In this document: in pieces, positions 9,987 to 19,264 of the stretch | How positions within the stretch are numbered: position 1 is the stretch's first letter | Layout: each line of letters begins with the position of its first letter | Assembly: GCA_963850035.1 (NCBI GenBank) | Contig: CAWKJP010000008.1 | Span: 66,251-130,250 of the forward strand | Direction: 5' to 3' | From: an uncultured Chloroflexia bacterium | GTDB taxonomy: Bacteria > Chloroflexota > Limnocylindria > Limnocylindrales > CSP1-4 | Length of the DNA: 64,000 nt | Program-made: the position numbers and the translations under genes | Notes under the pieces: generated by a model | Told to the model about the DNA's origin: nothing | Seen by the model: only the letters and a program-made list of their open reading frames with translations | Database searches by the model: none

Positions 9987-11165
9987 ATGGACGTCGACCG
10001 GCCGACCATCCCGCCGGAGGAGTACCCGGGCCGATGGCGGCGCGTCCAGTCGCTGATGCAGCTCGAGGGGCTCGACCTGCTCGTGGCCTACGGCAACGAC
10101 CGCGCCGTGTTCGGTCCGGCGCACGTTCGCTGGCTGGCGGACATCCCGGTCCACTTCGAGCCGATGGCCGTCCTCGTCCCGCCCTCCGGCGATCCGGTCG
10201 TCGCGTGCGGACCCGAGAGCGACCAGTACGCCCTCCGCGTGGGGCGCATCCCCGACGTGCGCGTCCTCCGCGAGTTCACGCACCCGGACGAGGATTACCC
10301 GTTCAGCCAGATCGAGACCCTGGCCGCGATCGTCGCGGAGCTGACCGGCCCAGGGCGCCCGGTCCGCCGGCTGGGGATCGCCGGCCTGGCCCTGATGGAC
10401 GCGGCCACGGTGGCGGCGCTGGAGGCGGCGCTGCCCGGCGCGGCGATCGTCGATGTCGAGGGGGCGATGTGCGGCCTCCGTGCCCGCAAGTCGCCCGCGG
10501 AGATCGCCGTGATCCGCCACGCGTACCGGCTCGCCGCGGCCGGGCTGGATGCCGCGGTCGCGGCGATCCATCCGGGCGCGACCGAGAGCGCGGTCGCCGC
10601 CGAGGCCGAGGCGGCGATGCGGCGCGCCGGCGCCGAGGGGACGGGGATCGACACGATCGTCGCATCGGGCCCGAACGCCCGGCCCATCCTCGCGCGGGCG
10701 ACATTCCGCGAGATCGACCGGGACGACCTGGTGGTGCTCACGATGGCGCCGCGATACCAGGGCTACCACGGCGCCATCGGGCGGCCCGTGTTCGTCGGCC
10801 GGCCCGGGCCCGAGGCGCGCGCGGCCCTCGACGCCGCCCGGCGAGCCCAGGACGCCTGCAGCACCCTGATCCGGCCGGGAATCGAGGGCCGCGTGGTGGA
10901 GGCGGCCGGGCGGAAGGTCATGGACGCGGCCGGCCTCGGGCGGAACTTCCTCTACTCGGGCATCCACAGCGTGGGCCTCATCGAGTTCGAGCCGCCGATC
11001 TTCGGGCCCAGCAGCACCGCCACGCTCGAGGAGGGCATGGTGGTGTCGATCGACATCCCCGTCTTCAACGCACCGTGGGGCGGGCTGCGCGTGGAGGACG
11101 GGTTCCTCGTCACCGCGACCGGCGCCGAACGGCTGGACGACACGCCCTACCTGCTCACGGTCTAG
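9987..11165 (+). CDS. M24-family (creatinase/prolidase-like) protein
   Basis: Creatinase_N-like N-terminus plus a pita-bread fold: RKSPAEIAVIRHAYRLAAAGLDAA...GTGIDTIVASGPN...GLRVEDGFLVT. GGGAGG upstream of the ATG at 9987. Confidence 0.85.
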   Translation: MDVDRPTIPPEEYPGRWRRVQSLMQLEGLDLLVAYGNDRAVFGPAHVRWLADIPVHFEPMAVLVPPSGDPVVACGPESDQYALRVGRIPDVRVLREFTHPDEDYPFSQIETLAAIVAELTGPGRPVRRLGIAGLALMDAATVAALEAALPGAAIVDVEGAMCGLRARKSPAEIAVIRHAYRLAAAGLDAAVAAIHPGATESAVAAEAEAAMRRAGAEGTGIDTIVASGPNARPILARATFREIDRDDLVVLTMAPRYQGYHGAIGRPVFVGRPGPEARAALDAARRAQDACSTLIRPGIEGRVVEAAGRKVMDAAGLGRNFLYSGIHSVGLIEFEPPIFGPSSTATLEEGMVVSIDIPVFNAPWGGLRVEDGFLVTATGAERLDDTPYLLTV

Positions 11166-11256
11166 AGCCGTGGCTGGGCCGGTCGCCGCCGTTGGGCCCC
11201 GGGCTGCCTCAGGCCATCATCCGCGAGGCTCGGTGGATCACGGGTCGTCGCGGCCG

Positions 11257-14200
11257 CTAGGCTCGCGCCTCGTCGGACTCCCCCGCGCGCGCGGGCGTTC
11301 CGATCCTCCGCTCGGCGTGAGGACGAGCCCGAGATTCGGGCGCCGCGAGCGTACGAAGCGAGCCGTCGACGAGCCCATCGAGACGCGCCAGGAGGGGCGC
11401 GGCCCGGAGGGGTTCGAGGATCTGCCGCGCTTCGGCGATGGCGGCGCCGACCGCGGGTGCAGCCGGGTCGAGAAGCGCTGCCATGTCCAGGCTCACGAGG
11501 GCGAGCTCGAACAGCGCCTTCCCATCCCGCATCTGGTCGCGAGCCCGCTCGTAGAGCGCGAACGCGTCGCCCGTACGGCCCTCGAGCGCGGCGATCCCTG
11601 CTGAGAGGGCGGTCCGGCGAGCCTCAACGAACGGGCCATGGACGGAGGTGGCGTCTCCAGCCTCCAACGCGGCGCGGGCGCCGGCAAGATCACCGGCCCA
11701 GAGATGGGCCCTGCCCGCGAGCGCCAGCGCGGACGGGGCATTGAGCGGGCTGGCGTCTGCCGTCGATTCCCAGTTCCGGCTTGCATCCTGGAGACGGCCG
11801 TCAAGGAGCGCCGCCCATGCCTCCAGGTCGCGGAGGTCGGTCTGCTGCACGAACTGGTCGATGACCTGGGCGACCAGCCTGTCGAACTCGGCCTGCTGGT
11901 CCAATCGTGCCTCTCCCCGCAGACGCCCGACGATCAGGGCCTGGGCAAGCAGCCAGATCCGGTCTTCTCGATCGATGTCCGACGCAAGGAGGGCACCGGC
12001 CTCCGTCTCCGCCCAATCCCAGTCGCCCACGGTCCGGGCGGCTTCGGCGCCGTTGCCAACGGCGATGATCACGTGTGAGCGGAGGCCGGCGCGTCGCGAT
12101 TCCTCGAGGAGGACCCGGTCCATCGTCAAGGCCTCCAGCGGGTCCCGGTGCCCGAGGCCTGCCGCCAGCGCGATCCGGGCGCGCATCGCGATCTCGGTCA
12201 GCCCGCGGCCTTCTGCAAGGCTGATCACGCCGCGGAGCGTGTTCATCCCCTCGTAGTTGTGGCCGCTGTTCATGAGGGCCGAGCCCTTCACGGCGAGGGC
12301 CCGGCAGATCGTCGACACGAGGTCGAGGCGCTCTGCCGGCACGAGGACGCGATCGGCGATCTCGATCGCTCGCCCCAGGCGCTCGCCGACGAGGTATGCG
12401 CGAGCGAGCGTCGCATTGAGCTCGATCATGACCGGGTCAACCTCGAGATCGGCAAGCTCGCCGACGACGGGCTCGAGCGCCTCGAGGGCGCTCTCGACCC
12501 GGTACGACTGCACGAGGGCCGAGCCCAGGGCGGTCGACGAGCGGGCGATGCCGAGCCGATCGCCGAGGCCGCGCCGGAGCTCCAGCGCCCGTCGCGCCAT
12601 CGCCTCCGCCTGGTCGTGGTGGGCCGCCTGCGAGGCTGCGTGGCTGGCGCGCTCGAGAAGGCTTGCCTCCTCGGCCGGGTCGCCCGTGACCGTGATCCCC
12701 TGTCGGAGCAAGCTGACCCCCTGGTCGAAGGAGCCGAGGGCCAGCGCCCGGTCGGCGGCCGCGGACAGCGCGATCCTGGCCTGGGCTGCCAGGGCGTCCG
12801 CCTCGGCGCCGGTCGGCGCGTTCTGCCAGGCGGCGAGGTAGTGGCCGGCAAGGGCCCCTGCCAGCTCGTCAGATCCGAGGCCTTCGAAGTGGCGGGCGGC
12901 CGCGAGGTGACGCGTCTTGCGCTCCTGCCTGGCCAGCCGGTTGTAGGCGACCTCGCGGATCAGCGCCTGGACGAAGCGGTAGTTGCCGCGCTCCGGCGAA
13001 CGGGGACCGGTCTCGAGCGACAGGATCTCCCGCCGCACGAGACCCCGCAGGCGGGGCTCCAGCTCGGCCTCCCCCATCCCCGACACCGCGGCGAGGCCGG
13101 ACGGCGCGAAGCTCTGTCCCAGGACCGCGGCATCCTGCACGAGACCCCGGTCCGTGGCCTCCAGGCCGTCGAGCCGGGCCGCGATGAGGGCGGTGAGCGT
13201 CTCCGGGACGGCCAGGGTCGTGAGGTCGCCTGTCGGGACGTACACGTTGTCGCGCAGCGTCAGCCGACCCTCCGCGACCAGCATCCGGACCGTCTCCACG
13301 GCGTAGAGCGGGATCCCGTCCGCGCGCGCCACGATGGACCGGGTCGCCTCCGGCGGCAGGCCGGGAACCAGGCCTGCGAGCAGATCGCGCATCGCGCGCT
13401 CCGGCAGCGGCTCCAGGTAGACGCTCGTGAAGTTCCGCTTTCCGGCACCCCAGTCCGCACGCTTCTCGAGGAGCTCCGGGCGGGACAGGGTCATCACGAA
13501 GATCGGGACGTTCCGGCTCCACTCCAGCATGTGGTCGACGAAGTCGATCAGCCCGCTGTCCGCGTGGTGGAAGTCCTCGAAGACCATCGCGACGGGGCCC
13601 TCTGCTGCCAGCCGCTCGAAGAATGTGCGCCAGGCACCGAACAGCTGCTCCGAGCCGACGCGCGCCTCCAGGCCGAGCAGGGCGAGCAGGGCGGGCTGGA
13701 TCCAGCGCCGTTCGTCCGTGTCGGGCACGAACCGTCGGACGGTCTCGGCGACCTTGGCTCTCGTCGTGCTCTCGTCGTCGCTCTCGAGGAGACCGCAGCG
13801 CTGGCGGATCATCTCGCCGAGCGCCCAGAACGTGACCCCGTCGCCATAGGCCGGGCAGCGGCCCTCGTGCCACCAGACGCCCTCGAGCAGGCCATCGACG
13901 TACTTGAGGAACTCCCACGCGAGGCGCGTCTTGCCGATTCCCGCGGGCCCGATCACCGACACGAGCCGGCTTCGCCCCTCGCGGCCCGTCGCATGGAAGA
14001 GCTCCTTGAGCAGGCGCAGCTCGTCCTGGCGGCCGACGAACGGCGCCTCCATCGTCTCCGCCCGGTTCCTGCCGCCGCGCTCGGCAACGACGCGGATCGC
14101 CTGCCACGCCGGCACCGGGGCTGTCTTGCCCTTGAGCACCTGGTCGCCAACCGGACCGAAGGCGATCGCCTTGCTCGCCGCTCGCTGGGTCGCCTCACCA

Positions 14201-14826
14201 ACCAGCACGGTCCCCGGTAGCGCGACGGACTGCAGGCGCGACGCGGTGTTCACGAGGTCACCGGCGACCATGCCCTGGCCGACCGCTCCGAGGGTCACAG
14301 CCGCCTCGCCGGTCAGCACGCCGGCCCGGGCGGCCAGCGTCGCTCCAAGGGTCCGGACGGACTCGACGAGCTCCAGGGCTGCTCGCACGGCAAGCTCCGC
14401 GTCATCCTCCCGCGCGGTCGGCGCTCCCCAGACGGCCATCACGGCATCGCCGATGAACTTCTCGACCGTCCCGCCGTAACGCTCGATGACGTCGCGCGAC
14501 AGGTCGAAGTACCGCGAGAGGAGCTCCCGGGTGTCCTCGGCGTCCCGGGCTTCCGCGAGCGTGGTGAACCCGACGAGGTCCGCGAACAGGATGGAGACGA
14601 GCCGGCGCTCCGCCACCGGCGCCGGCGCGACCGCAGGCGACGAAGGGCGCGCAGGCGCGTCGCGGGGAATCGCCGCGATCAGGTTCGTGCCGCACTCGCC
14701 GCAGAACTTGGCGTCGTCCGGTACCGGGGCTCCGCACGAGGGGCATCCGGTCCCGAACGCGGCACCGCATTCGATGCAGAACTTGCGGCCAGCCTCGTTG
14801 TCCTTACCGCAGCGTGTGCAGTGCAA
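11257..14826 (-). CDS. double zinc ribbon - class III adenylate/guanylate cyclase - STAND/AAA ATPase - TPR protein (paralog 1)
   Basis: 1189 aa. CTRCG...CIECG...CPSCG...CGECG is the zinc ribbon. RRLVSILFADLVGFT...GGTVEKFIGDAVMAVWGAP...GDLVNTASRLQS is the cyclase core. GPAGIGKTRLAWEF (Walker A) and VAMVFEDFHHAD (Walker B-like). Long helical-repeat C-terminus. Confidence 0.9.
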   Translation of the reverse strand: MHCTRCGKDNEAGRKFCIECGAAFGTGCPSCGAPVPDDAKFCGECGTNLIAAIPRDAPARPSSPAVAPAPVAERRLVSILFADLVGFTTLAEARDAEDTRELLSRYFDLSRDVIERYGGTVEKFIGDAVMAVWGAPTAREDDAELAVRAALELVESVRTLGATLAARAGVLTGEAAVTLGAVGQGMVAGDLVNTASRLQSVALPGTVLVGEATQRAASKAIAFGPVGDQVLKGKTAPVPAWQAIRVVAERGGRNRAETMEAPFVGRQDELRLLKELFHATGREGRSRLVSVIGPAGIGKTRLAWEFLKYVDGLLEGVWWHEGRCPAYGDGVTFWALGEMIRQRCGLLESDDESTTRAKVAETVRRFVPDTDERRWIQPALLALLGLEARVGSEQLFGAWRTFFERLAAEGPVAMVFEDFHHADSGLIDFVDHMLEWSRNVPIFVMTLSRPELLEKRADWGAGKRNFTSVYLEPLPERAMRDLLAGLVPGLPPEATRSIVARADGIPLYAVETVRMLVAEGRLTLRDNVYVPTGDLTTLAVPETLTALIAARLDGLEATDRGLVQDAAVLGQSFAPSGLAAVSGMGEAELEPRLRGLVRREILSLETGPRSPERGNYRFVQALIREVAYNRLARQERKTRHLAAARHFEGLGSDELAGALAGHYLAAWQNAPTGAEADALAAQARIALSAAADRALALGSFDQGVSLLRQGITVTGDPAEEASLLERASHAASQAAHHDQAEAMARRALELRRGLGDRLGIARSSTALGSALVQSYRVESALEALEPVVGELADLEVDPVMIELNATLARAYLVGERLGRAIEIADRVLVPAERLDLVSTICRALAVKGSALMNSGHNYEGMNTLRGVISLAEGRGLTEIAMRARIALAAGLGHRDPLEALTMDRVLLEESRRAGLRSHVIIAVGNGAEAARTVGDWDWAETEAGALLASDIDREDRIWLLAQALIVGRLRGEARLDQQAEFDRLVAQVIDQFVQQTDLRDLEAWAALLDGRLQDASRNWESTADASPLNAPSALALAGRAHLWAGDLAGARAALEAGDATSVHGPFVEARRTALSAGIAALEGRTGDAFALYERARDQMRDGKALFELALVSLDMAALLDPAAPAVGAAIAEARQILEPLRAAPLLARLDGLVDGSLRTLAAPESRARPHAERRIGTPARAGESDEARA

Positions 14827-14889
14827 CGCGCCTCCCCCGAACGTGATCCTTGAGTCGAGGAGCGTAGCCGAAGCGCCCCGTGCAGGCCA

Positions 14890-14943
14890 GTAGCCGGCCC
14901 ATTGCGAGTAGCCGGCCCATTGCGTGTGGGCCGCCCAATGCGA
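14890..14943. promoter_or_regulatory. three tandem 18-bp direct repeats upstream of cyclase paralog 1
   Basis: GTAGCCGGCCCATTGCGA / GTAGCCGGCCCATTGCGT / GTGGGCCGCCCAATGCGA at 14890-14907, 14908-14925, 14926-14943. This is 64-117 nt upstream of the start codon at 14826. Confidence 0.75.
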
Positions 14944-14967
14944 GAACGCGCTACGTTCGCGGGGCAG

Positions 14968-15250
14968 TCACGCCAGCCGACGCGCGATCTCCCGCTCGTA
15001 CTCCGGGAAGTACCTCCCGATCACGGCGAGGTCGAACTCGCGCAGGATCGACTCCTTCGGCTCGCGCTCGAGGAGGAAGGCGAAGCTCACCGTTGAGCAG
15101 GCGCACCGGATCCGGAGCCCCGGGAGCGAGACGGGCGAGGTCCGCCCGCGAGACGTGGACGCGGTGGTGCGACTCGCCGCGGTCGCGCACGGAGACCTGG
15201 CAGTCCCAGCCCTGGCCAGCCTCCGTCGCCCTGACCGCCACCGAGCTCAC
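14968..15250 (-). pseudogene. small conserved-looking hypothetical protein with one +1 frame disruption
   Basis: GTG at 15250 with AGGAGG upstream. Reads VSSVAVRATEAGQGWDCQVSVRDRGESHHRVHVSRADLARLAPGAPDPVRLLN. After one extra base near 15091 it continues VSFAFLLEREPKESILREFDLAVIGRYFPEYEREIARRLA to the stop at 14968. Confidence 0.6.
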
Positions 15251-15504
15251 CGCTGTACCTCCTGGTGCGCTTCCACGTCGCGCGGGTCGCGGACGCGACC
15301 GGTGCACGATACCGATGGGTCGTTCACGACGCCGCTCGGCGGGCACTCGTCCCGGACACGCGGCTCGAGCCCGCGATCGATGTGCAGGTTCGAGCGTTCG
15401 CTGAACGTGTTGTGACCGGATTGCACCGCTGGCCGATCGAACGGACGGCCGTCCCGATCAGCTGGCAACCTGTCCGTCTCTGGCGCCCCGGGCCAGCCGT
15501 GCAT
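15247..15504 (-). CDS. hypothetical ORF, possibly the 3' part of a frameshifted gene starting near 15660
   Basis: Its stop TGA overlaps the downstream GTG (GTGA at 15247-15250), which suggests coupling. The upstream frame (ORF 15458..15907) carries MESLAAFQGEPCASTWYGFVVRLGLLVDASEVRQLLGPFDPFPVVTSQALGD and would join by a +1 shift. No family recognised. Confidence 0.35.
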   Translation of the reverse strand: MHGWPGAPETDRLPADRDGRPFDRPAVQSGHNTFSERSNLHIDRGLEPRVRDECPPSGVVNDPSVSCTGRVRDPRDVEAHQEVQR

Positions 15505-15955
15505 CGCCGAGGGCCTGAGAGGTGACGACCGGAAACGGATCGAAAGGACCGAGCAGCTGACGGACCTCGCTCGCGTCGACGAGAAGACCCAGCCGAACGA
15601 CGAAGCCGTACCAGGTCGACGCGCACGGCTCGCCCTGGAAGGCCGCCAGGCTCTCCATCACGAGGCGCGGGCTCGACGACGGGCCGCCCGGACGATGCTG
15701 GACCGCGGCCCATGTCCGGGCGGCAAGGTCCGGACTCACACGCGTGTCGCCGGTGGTGGACCCTGGCGACGCCGTTTGCCGGTCGCTCCTCTGACGAGGA
15801 CGTCGCCGACCGTTGTCATGGTTCGATGCTCCTTCGGGGGATTGGCGCGGGTCCCATGATCCTGAGCCGGGGCAACACCGATTCGGCGGGGTGTGCACGC
15901 CGCGCAACCGCCTGCCGGCCCGGGGGCGGGCGGGCGGCTCCGGGCGAGAGGCAGG

Positions 15956-16225
15956 TCAGGCGCGCTGGGCGAACCAGATCGTGGGTGCGCCGAGGACGCC
16001 GGCGTCGTGCATCGCGCTCCGCAGCTCGGGGCTCCCGGCGAACGCCTGCGCCGCCTCCAGGGTCGCGAAGTCGTGGGTCACGGTGACCTCATTGGGGTTG
16101 TCGGCGGCTCGGTACACGGCGTCCGCCTGGACGCCAAGCGTCCTCGCCTTCGGCTGAAACGCGTCGTAGGCCTGGCGCCATGTCGTGTAGTCGGCAGCCT
16201 GGTGTCGCACGAAGAGCGTGGTCAT
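15956..16225 (-). CDS. dimeric alpha-beta barrel (ABM / cyclase-like) small protein
   Basis: MTTLFVRHQAADYTTWRQAYDAFQPKARTLGVQADAVYRAADNPNEVTVTHDFATLEAAQAFAGSPELRSAMHDAGVLGAPTIWFAQRA. Start taken at the internal ATG at 16225. Confidence 0.75.
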   Translation of the reverse strand: MTTLFVRHQAADYTTWRQAYDAFQPKARTLGVQADAVYRAADNPNEVTVTHDFATLEAAQAFAGSPELRSAMHDAGVLGAPTIWFAQRA

Positions 16226-16285
16226 GGTGGTGGCTCCCTGTCGCCGAGGGCCACGGTGGGGACGTCTCACCGTCGGTCCTGTCAC

Positions 16286-16369
16286 CTACTGTAGCGACAT
16301 TCACTGCATTGTCAATATATGTGTGCACAGTTATTGTTATGTCAGAGACTGATCTGGTACACTCCGCCC
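16286..16369. promoter_or_regulatory. AT-rich divergent promoter/operator region between the ABM-like gene and marR
   Basis: Locally AT-rich (TTGTCAATATATGTGTGCACAGTTATTGTTATGTCAG) with the palindrome TGTGCACA at 16322-16329. Sits between divergent genes, one of which is a MarR regulator. Confidence 0.4.
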
Positions 16370-16852
16370 ATGGAACCGGACGAGGACCCCACCCGGCCTG
16401 CGACCGCGTGGGCCGATGCGTGGCGCGGCGTGCTGTTCGCGGGCGCCAAGGTGCTGCGGGTCGCCGAGCGCGATCTCATCGAGCGCGAGGGCTTCCCGAT
16501 GGCGTGGCTCGACGTCCTGGCCCAGCTCTATGACGCCCCCGGCAGCGGGCTCCGGATGCAGGAGCTCGAGGAGCGCGCGCTCTTCACGCGGAGCGGCCTG
16601 ACCCGGCTCGTGGACCGCATCGAGGGAGCCGGTCTCGTGCGCCGGGAGCCGGTCCCCGGAGATCGGCGCGGCGTCCGCGTCGTCCTGACGCCCGAAGGCA
16701 GGCGGCGACATGACGAGGCGTTCGTCGAGCACCTGCGCGTCATCGAGCGCGAGTTCGGCGGCCGGCTGTCGCGGGCGGAGCAGCGGGCCGTGGCGGACGC
16801 CCTCGCCGGCTTCTGGCACGACGACCAGGAGAGCCCCCCGACGACCGGGTAG
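16370..16852 (+). CDS. MarR-family transcriptional regulator
   Basis: LRMQELEERALFTRSGLTRLVDRIEGAGLVRREPVPGDRRGVRVVLTPEGRRRHDEAF is a winged-helix MarR signature. Confidence 0.9.
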   Translation: MEPDEDPTRPATAWADAWRGVLFAGAKVLRVAERDLIEREGFPMAWLDVLAQLYDAPGSGLRMQELEERALFTRSGLTRLVDRIEGAGLVRREPVPGDRRGVRVVLTPEGRRRHDEAFVEHLRVIEREFGGRLSRAEQRAVADALAGFWHDDQESPPTTG

Positions 16853-16898
16853 GCCGGCGCCCGGCGGCCAGCCGGATCCACCCCGACCTTCGACAGCC

Positions 16899-17624
16899 TC
16901 AGCTCTTCGATGGGCCCTCGGGCCGCGGCTGGCCGTAGTAGGCGGTGGGGCCGTGCTTGCGCTTGAAGTGCTTGTCGAGCAGCGCCTGGGGAATCGGCCC
17001 CGTCCCGGGCTCGATGGCCAGGGTGGCGATTGCCTGGCGCGCGACCTGCTCGAGCACGATGGCGTTGACCAGCGCCTCGTGTGGCGTCTCGCCCCAGGTG
17101 AACGGCCCGTGACCGGCATCGAGGCACGCCGGCACCGCGGTCGGATCGATGCCGGCCTCGGTGAAGCGCTCCACGATGACGCGCCCGGTGTGCGCCTCGT
17201 AGTCGGTCTGGATCTCGGCGTCGGTCAGCCACCGCGTGACCGGCACGGGACCGTGGAAGTGATCGGCGTGGGTCGTCCCGAAGCACGGGATCTCTCGCCG
17301 TGCCTGCGCCCACGCGGCAGCGTGCACCGAGTGCGTGTGCACGACACCGCCGGTCTCCGGGAAGCTGCGATACAGGACGAGGTGCGTCGGCGTGTCCGAC
17401 GAGGGGCGCCCCTCTCCCTCGATGACGCGACCATCGTCGAGGGAGACCAGGACGATGTCCTCGGGACGAAGCGTCGCGTACGCAACGCCGCTGGGCTTGA
17501 TGGCGACGATCCGGGCATCACGATCGATCCCGCTCGCGTTGCCGAACGAGAGCACGACGAGGCCTGCCTCGACGAGGCCCAGGTTCGCCTCGAAGACGCG
17601 CTCCCTCAGCTCCGCATGTCGCAT
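16899..17624 (-). CDS. araD: L-ribulose-5-phosphate 4-epimerase
   Basis: MRHAELRERVFEANLGLVEAGLVVLSFGNASGIDRDARIVAIKPSGVAYATLRPEDIVLV...PSSDTPTHLVLYRSFPETGGVVHTHS...HGPFTWG. AGGAGG upstream of the ATG at 17624. The track ORF 16899..18917 is a chimeric extension. Confidence 0.9.
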   Translation of the reverse strand: MRHAELRERVFEANLGLVEAGLVVLSFGNASGIDRDARIVAIKPSGVAYATLRPEDIVLVSLDDGRVIEGEGRPSSDTPTHLVLYRSFPETGGVVHTHSVHAAAWAQARREIPCFGTTHADHFHGPVPVTRWLTDAEIQTDYEAHTGRVIVERFTEAGIDPTAVPACLDAGHGPFTWGETPHEALVNAIVLEQVARQAIATLAIEPGTGPIPQALLDKHFKRKHGPTAYYGQPRPEGPSKS

Positions 17625-17659
17625 GCTCGATCCTCCTGCCGCCCGGGCCCCGCGAACGT

Positions 17660-19264
17660 TCAGCTCAGCGCCTTGACCGCCTCGCGCTCGATGGCGAGCC
17701 CGCTCCGGTGACGCGCAAAGAACTCCACGAACCCCTTCACGTCCAGCGGGTCGGGCCGAACCGGCGCTCCGATGCTCGCGGCGATCCGCTCGTCGAGGTA
17801 ATCGGGCAGCGACTGCGTGGCGTCCGCTCGGAGCATGTAGTCGGCCAGCACCGCCATGCCCCAGGCCCCGCCCTCGCCCGCGGTGGCCGGGATGCTGACC
17901 GGGACGTTGAGCGCGGCAGCCATCATGCGCTGGCCGGTGTCGCCCCCCTTGAAGAAGCCGCCGTGGCCGCGGATCTCCTCGATGATGACCCCTTCCTGCT
18001 CGGTGAGGATGTTCAGCCCGGTCCGGAGGGAGCAGAGCGACGCGAAGTACATGGCCCGCATGAAGTTCTCGAGCGAGAACGCGCTGTCCTGGCTCCGCGC
18101 GAACAGCGGCCGGCCCTCGGTGAAGCCGGTCATGTGCTCGCCCGAGACGTAGTTGATGGAGAGGAGCCCGCCCGCGTCCGGGTCTGCCCGCACGGCAAGC
18201 GGCAGGAGCTTGGCGTACAGGTCGTCGTGCGGGGCCTCCACGCCGAGCGCTGTGGCAACCTGGCCGAAAAGGTTGATCCACGCATCGAGGTCGGATGATC
18301 CGTTGTTGGCATGCGCCATCGCCACGGGACTGCCATCGGGCGTGACGACGATGTCGATCTCTTCGTGCACGCGGGACAGGCTCTTCTCCAGGACGATCAT
18401 CGCGAACACCGAGGTGCCCGCGGAGACGTTCCCGGAGCGCGGCCGCACGGCGTTCGTGGCGACCATGCCCGTCCCCGCGTCGCCCTCGGGAGGACAGAGG
18501 ACGATCCCGGCCGGGAGCGTGCCAGAGACATCGAGCAGCTTCGCGCCCTCGGCCGTGAGCGTCCCGGCGGGCCGGCCGGCAGGCAGGACCGCGGGGAGGA
18601 TGTCCCTGAGCTGCCAGCCCAGCCCGTGCGGCGCGATGAGGGCGTCGAACGCCGCCATCCGCGCGGCGTCCCAGTCGCCGCTGCGCGGGTCGATCGGGAA
18701 CATGCCCGAGGCTTCGCCGACGCCGATCACGTGCTCGCCGGTGAGCTTCCAGTGGACGTAGCCGGCCAGCGTGGTCAGATGGGCGATCCGCGCCACGTGC
18801 GACTGCTTCTCCAGGATCGACTGGTACAGGTGGGCGATGCTCCAGCGCTGCGGGACCGCGAAGTCGAGGAGCGGGGTCAGCTCGGCGCAGGCCGTTCCCG
18901 TGATGTTGTTCCGCCACGTGCGGAACGGTGACAGCAGGTTCCCATCGACGTCCAGGGCGAGATACCCGTGCATCATCCCGCTGACGCCCAGGGCCGCGAC
19001 GGACGTGAGCTCGATCGAGTACCGGGCGCGCACGTCCGAGACCAGCGACGCGTAGCAGGCGGCCACGCCCTTCCAGACGTCCTCGAGGTCGTACGTCCAG
19101 ATGCCGTTCCTGAGCTGGTTCTCCCAGGCATGCGAGCCCGATGCCAGCGGCGTCGTGTCAGGCGCGATGAGCGACGCCTTGATGCGGGTCGAGCCGAGCT
19201 CGATCCCGAGGATGGCGCCGCCCGAGCGGATCAGCTCCGCCGCGCTCGCCTGCTGCTGGTCCAC
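17660..19264 (-). CDS. araB: FGGY-family carbohydrate kinase, likely L-ribulokinase
   Basis: [14 protein letters not shown]...[13 protein letters not shown]...[16 protein letters not shown]...[22 protein letters not shown] at 19264 is preceded by AAGGAGGA. Sits immediately upstream of araD. Confidence 0.8.
   Translation of the reverse strand: MDQQQASAAELIRSGGAILGIELGSTRIKASLIAPDTTPLASGSHAWENQLRNGIWTYDLEDVWKGVAACYASLVSDVRARYSIELTSVAALGVSGMMHGYLALDVDGNLLSPFRTWRNNITGTACAELTPLLDFAVPQRWSIAHLYQSILEKQSHVARIAHLTTLAGYVHWKLTGEHVIGVGEASGMFPIDPRSGDWDAARMAAFDALIAPHGLGWQLRDILPAVLPAGRPAGTLTAEGAKLLDVSGTLPAGIVLCPPEGDAGTGMVATNAVRPRSGNVSAGTSVFAMIVLEKSLSRVHEEIDIVVTPDGSPVAMAHANNGSSDLDAWINLFGQVATALGVEAPHDDLYAKLLPLAVRADPDAGGLLSINYVSGEHMTGFTEGRPLFARSQDSAFSLENFMRAMYFASLCSLRTGLNILTEQEGVIIEEIRGHGGFFKGGDTGQRMMAAALNVPVSIPATAGEGGAWGMAVLADYMLRADATQSLPDYLDERIAASIGAPVRPDPLDVKGFVEFFARHRSGLAIEREAVKALS

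Noticed and set aside
12148-14220. 690-aa plus-strand ORF (and 29281..32121, 946 aa)
   Set aside because: Both are antisense to the two cyclase-STAND genes and are Arg/Gly/Asp-rich with no motifs.
16899-18917. 672-aa ORF in the track
   Set aside because: Only its last 241 codons (araD) are meaningful. The upstream part is an out-of-frame read through araB.
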